NCBI GenBank assembly: GCA_028534125.1
Contig: CM052838.1
Span: 17,608,001-17,672,000, forward strand
Length of the DNA: 64,000 bases
Reading direction: 5' to 3'
Source of the DNA: Lama glama
Lineage: Eukaryota
A program made the position numbers and the translations under genes. Under the pieces are notes generated by a model. That model was not told where the DNA came from, ran no database searches, and saw only the letters and a program-made list of their open reading frames with translations. Positions 43,007 through 54,695 of this stretch are shown piece by piece; the first letter of the stretch is position 1, and every line of letters begins with the position of its first letter.

Positions 43007-44799
43007 TTCTACGATCCTTACTCTCTGGGGTGTGACCCAGAAAGAGCCGTCAGGAAGCTCCCAGGTAGGACTCTGGTTGAACATCTGTGGGAGCACCTCT
43101 CTCAGTCTGACTGGCTGCCATCAGACTGGGAGCTCATCTTGGAGTTCCCAGGGACTGAGCACGGCCTGGTTGTTTAGTATTCAGCCAACACTGACTTCCA
43201 TCCAGAAGCATTCTTTCAGCCTCTCCATCACCTCCCCACTCCAACAGGGAAAGCAGCTTGCAACCAGCTTTCTGTTCATGCAGTCACTCAGCAGTCACTG
43301 AGCATCTACCACCTGCCAGGCATGGTGGCTGATACTGGGGTACACTGTGATGAGTAACATATGGCCCCTGCCTTCAGGGAGCTCACAGTCAAGGCCATGC
43401 TCCAGTCGGAGCCATGATTGGCTTCCTCTGTCCCCTGACTGGGTGGTCTCAAGCACACCAGTTGGTTTTCCCATCTGAAACAGGGCTCCCAAATCCCTGA
43501 GCACACTGTGGTAAGAACCAGGAGGAGCGGTGGAGGAGGGAGGCAAAGGGGCTCTGGTCGATAGGGAGGCTGTGCAGAGGAGCGGAGACAGCACTGTGAA
43601 GCAAGTCTCAAACTCTGTACAGTCTGCTGCTTCCGGTATAGACCCAGATTCTCACTGAAGCATCGCTGTTTGGTGGTTTCTCACTAAGGAAGTTCAGGGT
43701 AAAAATAGCTCAGGAGGGGACTTGAATCCTAGTTGGGGGGTAGTCACTGCCCAGCTAATACACAAAAAAGGGGAAGAGGCTTACTAGTAGCCACGTGGAC
43801 TCCCAGACTCACCCCCTCAACCCCCCTGCCGTGGGTCAGGGCCTTCTGCTCTGTAGTGGATGGGAGATGAGCTTCCAGCCCAGAGCCCCGGAACTGGAGG
43901 GGGTCTGAGTTCCTATACACCATCTGGGGACACCCTGGTTTCAGGGTGCATCACCTTGCCTGCTCTAACTCATTCCCTAATCGGGTTTCTGGCCCACTCT
44001 CAAGGAAGGGCCATTAAGAAGCTCTCTGGCACCAACTCCTTGCCAGTTGCCTCACAAGACCATCCTGCTGGAGGAGCTACCAGCCATGCCTAGCACCCAT
44101 CTGCCAATCCAGCCTGATGGTCAAGAGCAGGGGACCCAGGCACCCATCCTGAGAGTGATGGTCTCCTGAAGCCCATCCATGGAAGCACCACCTCCCTTAA
44201 CTGGTGCAAAGCGTGAGGGCAGGGAGACATCCCTGACCTCTTCTACTCCCACCCAAGCTGGCTTCCAGGTGAACTCAAGAATTGGGACGTATCTAGTGCC
44301 TCAGGCACCAAAGCTTGTAAGACCCCTAGACCAAAACCACATGCTCCTGACTACCAAAACAGACATTCAGCCCAGGCAGTCCTCTGAGAAACGCTCTCTC
44401 CAAGGTCTTAAACAAGATCCTGACAGTCTAGTGTCAGGTACCCCTAGAAAGGCCCCTTCCTGCCCTCAAGAGCGAACCCATCTCTCCTCCTCCTCCAGCC
44501 AGCCTCCCAGCAAACACTTGTCAGAAGTCTGTTCTGCACGCACCACCTTTCCGAAGGGCGCCCCGTCGCAATGGTGGCATCACCAGAGCCCACGGGGTCT
44601 CTGGAAGCTTTCAGCATTAGGGCAGCATCCTGACAAAGGAGCAGCTTGAAGTTAAGGACCCTCGGCTGCTTCCTCCGCGCAAGGTTTCCTGGCTGATTCT
44701 TATTTTTGCAACAGAAGCCGATTCAGGACGGAGCCTTGTAAAATGTCTGCTGGAGAGCCAACACTTCACCTTCTTGGGGGGGTGGAGGAGCACCCTGGT

Positions 44800-46550
44800 C
44801 CCGGACCCTGAGGAGAAGGACGGCCCCCTCTGTAGGCGCANNNNNNNNNNNNNNNNNNNNNNNNNNNNNNNNNNNNNNNNNNNNNNNNNNNNNNNNNNNN
44901 NNNNNNNNNNNNNNNNNNNNNNNNNNNNNNNNNNNNNNNNNNNNNNNNNNNNNNNNNNNNNNNNNNNNNNNNNNNNNNNNGAGCTGGGGCCCGGCCCGCG
45001 GGCGCCCTGCCGCCGACCCCTCCGGCCCCGCACTTACCTGGAACTTGCACCGGCCGCGGTCCCGCCCTGGCGCCCGCGGGGGTCTGGGTCCGGCCGGGGG
45101 TGGCCGCGGCAAGCGACTCCGGCAGGGTTCAGCCGGCGCCGAACAAAGGCTGCGCGCAGGCAGCGGGCGCCGCCTGCATCCCCGCTCCGCGCCGGGGCGG
45201 CGGCGGCGGCGGCGCGGGGGCCCGGGCGGCTCCGGCGCCCGCTCGCTCCGTGCTGCCCGCTCCGNNNNNNNNNNNNNNNNNNNNNNNNNNNNNNNNNNNN
45301 NNNNNNNNNNNNNNNNNNNNNNNNNNNNNNNNNNNNNNNNNNNNNNNNNNNNNNNNNNNNNNNNNNNNNNNNNNNNNNNNNNNNNNNNNNNNNNNNNNNN
45401 NNNNNNNNNNNNNNNNNNNNNNNNNNNNNNNNNNNNNNNNNNNNNNNNNNNNNNNNNNNNNNNNNNNNNNNNNNNNNNNNNNNNNNNNNNNNNNNNNNNN
45501 NNNNNNNNNNNNNNNNNNNNNNNNNNNNNNNNNNNNNNNNNNNACGGCCCGCACCCTGCGCCGCGTGCCGGGACCCCGATGGCACGACCACCCGCTCTGC
45601 GTGCGCCCGCGTGGGGCTGGGGGCTCGAGGGAGGCCGGGCGCGCCGCGGCGGGGGGAGGGGAGGGAGGAGGAGGAGCGCGGGAGGAAGATGAAAGGCTAG
45701 CAGACCTGCCTCGTCGTCTCCAGGGAGCCTTGGCTCGCGCGCGCCCTCCCCGCCCCGCGATCCTCGCCGTCCGCACCCCCGCCTCCCAGCCCGCCGCCAG
45801 CACTCACTCGCGCGCGCAGATCGTGGGCCCAGCCACTTTGCTGCGAGGGAACGCGAGCGAGTATGAATCGGAGGCAGCTCACATTTCAAACTTGCACGCA
45901 GGGGTGGTGCTGGTGCACGCCACCGCCGAGCGAACTCACGACCCGACGAGCGGCGCTATAGCCTCCGGGCGGGGGCGGCGACCAGGTCCCCTTTCCTCCC
46001 CCGCCCAGGCAATTAATTGGAAGCAACACTTGTGCGAGTGGGTCTCCCGGAACGCTGCCGCCCGAGGGGGCCGCCGGGAAGGCGCTGGCGGTGGATGACT
46101 TCGGGTGTCTCCCGCCCCCCAGAGATTCCTCCCAAGTGGTCATGCTAATGAGGGTCCAAGGCGGGGTGGGGGCGGAGAAGGGAGCTGGCCTGGAGGCGGC
46201 CTCGGCCCGGGGGAGGGAAGGGGGCGGGGCGGGACTGGGGCATCCGGATTGTGACCTCGTTTTAAAGGATTTTCGGAACGGGTTAGAGGGGCAGAGAAGG
46301 CGGGCGGCCTGGCATCTTTCCTGGCACAGAGGCCCCTGCCACCCCTGGGATTCCCCCAGACAGGGTGAGCGGGCGAACGTACGCTCGAGCTCCCCGACTT
46401 GGGGGAGTTCCTGTGCCCTAGAACCAGAGGCTGTAGGGAAGCCGGGGGCGACTGCTGCGCGCGGCCCTGCCCCGCCCCGGGAGCTGCTGCCTTCCTGACA
46501 CTGCATCCTGTGGTGGCCGCGGCCTCTTCCTTCCAGCCTGTCTGTCGCAA
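44800..46550. promoter_or_regulatory. Intragenic CpG island; probable alternative ZMIZ1 promoter
   Basis: Very high GC and dense unmutated CpG against CpG-depleted flanks; GC boxes (ggggcggggcggg at ~46220-46233, ggggcgg at ~46170); (GGC)n at ~45197-45213; two N gaps typical of GC-rich regions in short-read assemblies. Confidence 0.88.
45038..45264 (-). other. ZMIZ1: Putative alternative first exon of ZMIZ1 (5' end lies in or beyond the gap)
   Basis: Perfect donor TTCCAG|GTAAGT at 45038/45037 in the gene's orientation, at the downstream edge of the CpG island. Confidence 0.65.
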
Positions 46551-46647
46551 GGTCTCCTGGCGCTGAGCTAAGCAGACACCCCTGGAAGCCCACCCGCCTC
46601 CCTACCACCCCAAAAGGTTCTTCGCTCCTCCCTCTTTCGTAAGCATT

Positions 46648-46701
46648 TCCATCACCACGACCCTCTTGGGAGACTCCATCACCACGACCCTCTTGGGAGA
46701 C
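46648..46701. repeat. Perfect 27-bp tandem duplication
   Basis: tccatcaccacgaccctcttgggagac x2 (46648-46674, 46675-46701). Confidence 0.97.
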
Positions 46702-49700
46702 GCTTTAGTTTATAGCCACCTCCCCCAGACCCCACATACCTGCAGTGAAAATTTCTTGAGCGGTGACCTAACTGCCCAATTAGGAAGGTAAGTGGGGCCC
46801 CATCATTCACCCTAAAGAAAGGTAGCCAGAATTGTCTTTAAAATCTCTTCTATATGAGACTGCCATGCACTGCTCTCCTTGCCATAATGGGGAATTGACC
46901 AGGTCTATTAGCCTTTGATGTTGCTTTACCCGCCTTCATTTCTGATTACCACCCCCTGGCCCCCCCACCCTTTTCAGTCTGAGCTCTGGCTGGTCCCTAA
47001 ACCTTCCTGTCTGTCCTACTGCCAGCCCCGGAATTGGCTGAGACAAATCACTTATCTAGAAATTATGTTCTTGCTCCTTGTTTGACATAAATCGTTAGCA
47101 GGCTCTAATCCCACCCACTGCCACTTGAAATATCACTTTCAGGGATGGCATTTGGAAATGCAGTTGTCATGGGCTTTCCCTCTGAGGAGCTGGTTAAATG
47201 GATTAATTCATACTTCATAACTTGCTGCCTTTTGGACAAGAACTCGCTCCCTGCAAGAGAGATTAATTGGCATTGCCTTCCTGCAGGGCCAACCCTGGGA
47301 CAGCTGGGGAAGGGCTTTTCTGCTCTGCCCAAATTCCAGACTCTGCTCAGTCTCACCTCCTCTGAGGAGCCTTTCCTCATCTTGGGTTATGATGGCTTCT
47401 TTAGGGATAGTGATTTATTCACTGAGACATGCACTGGGGCCCTGCCCTCCCAAGCAGCCCCACAGGGGTTTGAGATCCCAGGACGGAAGAGGCTAGTGAA
47501 GACCTCCCATCTTTCTCTCTTTCCTTGGCCCTGTCCCCGCTGCAGATCCCGTGGACCACAAACTCCAAAGCCCAGTGCTGAGTGACACTCAGAAACAGAG
47601 GAGACATGACAATTTGGCCTCCTTTTCAGAAGAAAACACTGAGATGGATGTCCCTAAGATGTGGTTTCTAACATTAATCTGGTTTTAACACAATGTTAAG
47701 GTGCAGACCTCAATTATACAGAATTCAAGCAGCCAAAGACCTCAAATAACCAGAACACAGGTGTCCTGGATCCTCCCCTCCCAGAAGTTCTGTGCAATGA
47801 TAGTTCACAATAGTCATCTGATCATTAGTGTCTTCTAAGCCACCAAAGAGCCAAACGTTTGGAACATCCAGGTTCATTCTTGAAATATCCTGTATGTGTT
47901 GGTACCATGTGGCCCCAGTCACTGAATTCAGAAATACCACTCCTGTAGGTTGAACTAGAATTTGGACTGGAATTGAGCAGAGTTTTACAACAGAGGGACA
48001 CCGACCTGGTGGCACTGCCTGGGAGATGAATGACAGCCCCACCACTCCCCCTCCCCCACCTCCCAGGGAACTACTCTGGAAGGAGCCCAGGGGTAGGGTG
48101 AGGGAATAGCTTTGACATGCTTATTCAAAGCTTCACAGGCCTGGGACCAACTGACTTTCCCAGGTGAATTTTAAAAAAGTGGGAGGGGGTCCTCTCCACA
48201 AGCAGATTTATGTAATTAGGAAAACAAATTATTTTCAAGAATCCATTCACCAGCCAGCACAGAAGGCCTCCCGGCCAAAGCTAGGGTTTTCACATGCTAA
48301 TTTCAAGGCCAGCTCAGTCCTATTCAAACCCCTCCCCAGCCCACTGGGTTACACACTGGGAGTCTAGAGAAATACAGCTACTCCAACCAGTTCCTGCTTC
48401 AGAAGGGCTTCTCCCCATTTACTCCACGTTCCAACTCCACTTCTCCAACTTCCAAAGATTTGCTCAAAGGCCTGGGGCCCAAAGTGGCCCGCTCCACCCC
48501 CTGGGCGCCTGCCTTGATAAGGATCTACAGGAAAGAGGCTGCAGACAAAGGCGCTCTCCACCTCTGCACGCAGTCACTCAGCGAGCTCTCTGAGTGACCT
48601 CGGCGAGGGGGGGCACAGCCCAGGGGGATGACTTGGGAGGCAGAAGAAAGGAAGAAGAAAGGGAGAGCTGCGGCCTGGCGCCGTGGCTCCTTGATGAATG
48701 CCCGCGAGCGCTCGGGAAGCCTGATTCGGGGATCAATAGCTGGTGGCTTTTCTTGCGGGTGTTTGAACTCCTCCTGCCGTGGGCCCTGGTGGGGAGGAGC
48801 TGCCAATAAATCACAGCACTGCAGCCGGGAAGGCAGCCGTGCCATGCACTGGAGGGCGCGGGAGGGAGGATGCTTCACCCAGCTGGGGGGCCTGTCGGGT
48901 GGAACCCATGTCTGCAGGACCAACCGGGCCATGGGGGGGAAGGGACCGCTAGGGTGGAGTCGGGTGCAAGAGGAGCCTCCTCCAGGACACCCCAGCTCAC
49001 ATCCAGAGGGATGGGTCTTCTGGATTCTGCCCCAGCCCAGGCCAGTAAGGAGAAAAGAGCAAAGGATGTAGGTCCCCCAGGGGTGGAAAGTGGTTTCCAG
49101 GCTCAGGACTGGGTCATCTCCTATGTAAGGCTTTGGGGGGGGGTGCATACAAAACCCTAGCTCCCTTCAGTTGAGATGGAGGCAGAACAATGCACCCAAG
49201 AGCCACAGAGCCAAATCTTTCTCAAGCTGGGCTTGCTGATTCAGCAGGTCTCGACAAGGACCCTAGTGACTCAGAGATGTCACCCTTTTGGGCTCCAGCA
49301 CTTGGAGGGAGAAGGAAGTAGACCGGGAGGCCCCAGGTGGTGCCCGCAGGAGTGTGGCAGGCATGAGCTCAGGCCTTGGGACCTGCTTGGTCATCTGTCT
49401 CCACACAACTGGTCCTTCTCAGTCAGGACACATGAAAGGGCGTGCGGGGCACAGAGTAGGTTCAATAAAGGCACGCAGTCACACCGGGGTAACTAACTGG
49501 CCGTGGAGCATCTGTCTCACTGCCGGCTGGGCTACCCCAGGAAGCACTCAAGCAGCTGCACTGGGCGCGAGTTGATTCAGGGACTCTGCCTTCAAGGACC
49601 TTTCTCTGGGGCTTCTGCCCACCTCTGAGGGGTCAGGACACAAACTGCAGTGTCTTTTGATAACACTGTTCCCTTGCCCCTTTCCCTTCCTCCTTCACCC

Positions 49701-49914
49701 AGGTCAGCCTCCTTAATTCTACATGTACAGTCTTGAAGAAAGAAAGCACAGCTGAGGTTCAGCTCGCAGCCAATGCTGGTGTCTCTGCCAGGCCTCAGGA
49801 CCCCCCAGCCCCACCCCGACACACATGTACAGGGACAGCAGGAGGGCACACTGCCACTGGGGACACAGAGCTGGAAGCCCCAAGCTGGATCCAGGTGTCT
49901 CCTCTATCCATAGT

Positions 49915-50140
49915 AATACAGACCTCATGGTACTGAGTGCCTGCTGGCTGCCAGGTACAGTTCTAGGCACTTTCCAAGTATCAACAAACCATCCTCGCTG
50001 ACAGCCCTCTCTGATAAGGTGTGATTATTATTTCCACTCTACAGAGATAACAACGAGGCACAGAGAGTTTTAGACACCTTGCAGAAGGATTTAAACTACC
50101 CAGCCATCTGGCCCTAAAGTCTGCACTGGTAACCATCATA
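49915..50140 (-). mobile_element. MIR SINE
   Basis: tactgagtgcctgc...tgccaggtacagttctaggcacttt...ctacagagataacaacgaggcacagagag. Confidence 0.75.
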
Positions 50141-51094
50141 CTGTATTCCCAAGATGGGACTTCAGGATCCAGAGGAGACTGAGCATCAAAGTCACAAAGT
50201 GAGATGTGATGAGAGTCATGTCCCCCAACTCTTGTTTCATGTTCTTTCCAGCACATCATATTACACGTATGGAAATGTTTTGTTTCTTTTTGTTTCTTTT
50301 TCCTGTTTAGCCTCTGTGTGATTTAGGCATCTACCTGACATTCTGGGTTGGCCAGGGCCTCCACCTGAGCGGGGATGGGGTTCATAGTGGAGAATAAGAC
50401 CTCCCTGGCTCAGAACATCCTGTCACTGCACCCTACTCCCTTCCTGGATTTATCCCCCAGCAGGGCCCTCATCCCACACTCAGGCTACATTCCCAGAAGT
50501 CTGCATTTGGCACTGACCCAAATCTTATGATCATTTCATTAAGAAAACAAAACCAACCCCTGCCCTACTCCTCCAGCGGCACCTCCGAGAAACCCTACAA
50601 TTGCTTGAGAGGTTAGTGGGGATCCAGGAAAGCCTCCTGCCAGGCTGAAGGAGAGAGGATGGGGGGGGTGGAACCCAGGAACCAAGCATGAAATGGTATC
50701 TCAGGTGGCTTCTGTCTTTAAGAACTGCCTGCCCTTCCACTCACTCAGCTGGGAAGGCAGCCACACCCCAGGCAGTCTGCCCTTGCCACTGGGATGCCCC
50801 CGCAGGCCTCTCAGCTATGCGGACAGGGCCCGAGGGGTTGGAGAGGAGACAGGAAGGAACTGGCCATGCCCTCACCGGCTGAGGAGCTGTGGAGAGAGGC
50901 GATGTGTCTGGATTTGGAGGCTGAGGCTCAGGAACTAGTACTGACGAGCTGGTGGCCCTGGACAAGTCACGTAGGCTTCCTTGGGTCCCCACCTCCTCCT
51001 TAGTATAATAGGAGTGAGGTCAGCTAATCCCAGGTGCTAAGGAGGACCAAAGGAGATCACAAGCCATCATTCTCAAGAGGCTGAGCAGCCGTGG

Positions 51095-51529
51095 TGTTGT
51101 GGGTCTGTGTCCCCACCGCCACCGTCCCTGCCCCCAAAGGTGCTGAGGTGCTAACCTCCAGTACCTGTGAACTTTTTTGTACACAGGGTTGCAGATGATC
51201 AAGTTAAAATGAGGTCATTAGGGTGGGCCCTAATCTTAGATGAGTGGTGTCCTTATACAAAGTAGAAATTTAGATACAGAGACATGCAAACAGGGAGAGT
51301 GCAGTGTGAAGACTGCACTTCTGCCGTCGTGAGCCGGGGAACTGCTGGAAGCTAGGAGAGGTGCTTGGAATAGGTCCTTGACTGGTGCCTTCAGAGCAAG
51401 CACGTCCCTGCCACCAGGACAACTCAATCTTGGACTTCTGGCCTCTAGAACCACGAGACAACACAATCGTGCTGTCCAGGTCACCCTGTCTGTGGCACTT
51501 TGTTATGGCTTTTCTAGCAAACTAATACG
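51095..51529 (+). mobile_element. MaLR solo LTR, MLT1B-like
   Basis: Starts tgttgtggg; contains ttgcagatgatcaagttaaaatgaggtcattagggtgggccctaatc and tggacttctggcctctagaac; ends ttgttatggc...gcaaactaatac; 5-bp flanks cgtgg/cacgg. Confidence 0.88.
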
Positions 51530-51534
51530 CACGG

Positions 51535-52075
51535 TGACCCTGCTAAAACCTAAGTCACGGCTCATCATTCCTCTGCTTAAACCCCTCCCCCCGTGGCTCC
51601 AGCTCAATCCGTGTAAAAACCCACATCTTTATTACAACCCACAAGACCCCACGTAACTCGGGCCCTGTCACCTCCCTTGACCTCACTGTCTTCCAGTCTC
51701 CCTCTGCTTTACTCTGCTCCAGCCTCGCTGCCTTCAGGCTGCAAATGCCCCCACGCTCTTCTCTAGGTGGCTGGACTCACTTCCCACCTCCTGCAGGCTT
51801 CCACTCAGGTGACACCTCCCCTGGGAAGCCTTCCTCACCTGCACTGCCCAAAGCTGCAGCCCCTCCTGACACTTCCTACCGCTCTTTTCCTGACTCAGGT
51901 TTTCCTTAGCCTTTATGACTGACGCATTTCAATTCCTTCTCTTGCTAACATGGTCTCCCTTGCTAGAAGTCAAGCTTATGTCAATAGTGACTTTTGTCTG
52001 TTTTGAACACCTTATATTGAGAGGATCTAAAATATGCCAGGCAGATGCGTGGTATTTGCTGTATGAATGAAGCAT
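51535..52075 (+). mobile_element. L2 LINE 3' region
   Basis: aaaacctaagtca...cattcctctgcttaaacccctcc...cacctcccctgggaagccttcc...tatttgctgtatgaatgaa. Confidence 0.75.
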
Positions 52076-54138
52076 GGGCCAGCTACCTGATGGAATAAGT
52101 GAATCAAGGAACAAACGAGTGAATAGTTGGGACTGTGGTGCCCTGTTCCCGCTGCCTGCCTGCCCGAAGCCGAGGTCCCCAAGCTGCAGTCTGGGAGAAC
52201 GTGGGTTATTTCTCAGCGGAGGCAGCCTGTTCAGACAGGAAGCTTGGGCCAGCTAACAAAGGGGCTGCCAGAGGTGGTGGGGAGCTCGCCACCCAGGCCC
52301 CTAATGAATCTCTTCCCATTGATTTCTGGAGTCGCCTTTGAAGGGAAGGGAGGCCTAAGGCAGCTCGAATGTCCGTGCCTCAGCAGTCCTGGGTTTTTTT
52401 TTCCTGTTCCCCGGACACAGCTTTGACAGGGGGCTTCCGGACAGCCCCCAGTTCGACTGACATAAGCTCCCTGCAGTTGTAAAAGCAATTTTCCTTCCTG
52501 CTGAAACTGTCAGTCTTTCTGCCTGCCTGGCTGGGCAGCACACCTCCCTGTCTGGGCTCGGGCAGCCAAATTTCACTCCTGATGCTCCCCAGACAAAGGC
52601 TCTCACAGGCACCAGGAGGAGGCCGTCCTCCGCTCTGCAGAGGAAGAAATGGAGCTCAGATGAGGGAAGGATTTCAGGCCGTACACACTCTCTGACTCAT
52701 GGCTGGGGGCACCAGCAACGCTGAATGCAGGCTGCCCCAACTACCACCTGACCCCAGTGTACCCCACAACCTGCACAGCCTATGACATCAGCCCTTTTTT
52801 CCTACAGGGACTCTACTTGCCTATCTGGAAACATCAACTCCTTGAGCATCGAAGTAAAGACAGCCTAGTCAATTTTCAGCTGAGGAAACAGACTGAGGCT
52901 CAGAGAGGGACCAGGGCTTCCTCCAGTCACATAGCAAATTAGTGACAGAGTCAGGACTAGATCCAGGACATCTGGATTGTTCCAGAGCCCCAAGCCATCC
53001 CTCCCAGTGTTTTCACCAACTGCAATGTCAAGGGTCAGCTCTCCAAACTGTAAAGTGCTAGACACATTTACTATTCTAAATGGCTCTTGCCCATCAACTG
53101 CTTCTTTCTATGAGCTAGGATTCAGATGGGGAGTGTCTGCCCTACTCTGTTCTTCCCCCCTCTTCACAGGGAGGTTGGGAGCCAGACTCTGGAACTTTCA
53201 GTCCCTTCCTCATCTACAGTGGGGGTCACATGCATCAGGAAGATGGGTGGTGGCATGAAAAGAAGATGGGTTTGGACTCAAAAGAAGGAAGCAGCTCCTG
53301 ACAGTCAGGGCTGCCCAGGGTGGTAGCAGGCACCTTTGTCACCCGAGGTGTGTAAGCTGAGGATGGGGAGCTGTGGAAAGGATCCCACGCTGGTAGGCTT
53401 ACGGTTCCTGAGGCCCTTTCTGTTTTGGGGTGCTGTGATAGGGAGGAGGAGAGGAAGGGTGGTTGAGAAGCATGCCCAAGCACCTCAGTGCAGCCTGGGC
53501 AGCAGTGCAGTAATTTTACAAGCTTCCTGAGCCCATCAAAGCTTGCCAGCAACCCTTCGTCACCTGGTGCACTCCCCGCCCTCCTCTCCTGACAGTCTTC
53601 CAGGTGCCTGCTCCCTTCCAGCCCCTTGCTCCCAGCCCATGGCAGCCCAGGGGATCTGGTGACTTCCTTCACTCCCCCAGCATGGTCCCAGGTGCCCCCC
53701 CAACCCCGGGGGCTCAGGACGTGAACAGACAGGCCACGTAGGAATGTCTGTCTGGGGAAAATCCAACGTGGCCGCCAGGGCAGGGCAAGGAGTGGGAGGC
53801 CTGGTGTTGAAATCAGGACCTGCAGAGCTAAGCTCAGCAGGTGGGAACAGCACACTCCTCAGCCCAGAGGCCAAGGCCCCAGGGGAGGGAGATGCTGCCT
53901 GTGAGAAGGACTTGGGAGCTTACTGTGTGACCAAGGGCAGGTCACTGTCCCTCTCTGGGCCACAGCTTCCCCACCCACTGAAGACATCTAGTGTAGATGC
54001 AGGAACCTCTCTTTGCTGCTGGGGGCACCTGTCTCCCCAAGTTTGGCTGGGAAGACCCCAAGAAGTGTCACTATTGAGCTGACCCCCACTGATTTCCTGT
54101 AAAGGCCAGAGTAGACCAAGCAAGATTCCTATACTATA

Positions 54139-54473
54139 CAGTTGGCCTTCTGTATCTGTGGACCCTGCACNNNNNNNNNNNNNNNNNNNNNNNNNNNNNN
54201 NNNNNNNNNNNNNNNNNNNNNNNNNNNNNNNNNNNNNNNNNNNNNNNNNNNNNNNNNNNNNNNNNNNNNNNNNNNNNNNNNNNNNNNNNNNNNNNNNNNN
54301 NNNNNNNNNNNNNNNNNNNNNNNNNNNNNNNNNNNNNNNNNNNNNNNNNNNNNNNNNNNNNNNNNNNNNNNNNNNNNNNNNNTTTATATACAAGAGACTT
54401 GAGCATTTGTGGATTTTGGTATCTGTGGGGGGGTCCTGGAACCAACCCCCTATGGATACTGAGGGGGTGTCTG
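54139..54473. mobile_element. MER2-like TcMar-Tigger MITE spanning an N gap (54171-54382)
   Basis: TA|cagttggccttctgtatctgtgg ... gacttgagcatttgtggattttggtatc...ctatggatactgagggggtgtctg|TA: terminal inverted repeats and TA target-site duplication. Confidence 0.85.
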
Positions 54474-54579
54474 TACATAATCCTGTTAAGACAAAGAAGC
54501 CAGTTGCAAAGCAGCAGGCCCACTATGGTCTCATTTTTGGATATTTATTTGCAGCCTATCTATACGCACATCATTTTTC

Positions 54580-54695
54580 GTAGACTGTGAGCTCCATGAG
54601 GGCAGAGATTTTTATCTGTTTTGATCAATACTGTATCCCTGGCAACGCTACACTTGGCATACGGTAGGTGTTCAACAAATGTTTGTTGAATAATG
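54580..54695 (+). mobile_element. L2 3' end
   Basis: tagactgtgagctccatgagggcagagatttt...tgtatccc...ttggcatacggtaggtgttcaacaaatgtttgttgaat. Confidence 0.82.

Noticed and set aside
44723-46608. Several long ORFs (200-390 aa) over the CpG island
   Set aside because: Explained by stop-codon scarcity at very high GC and by read-through across N gaps; Arg/Pro/Gly/Ala low complexity
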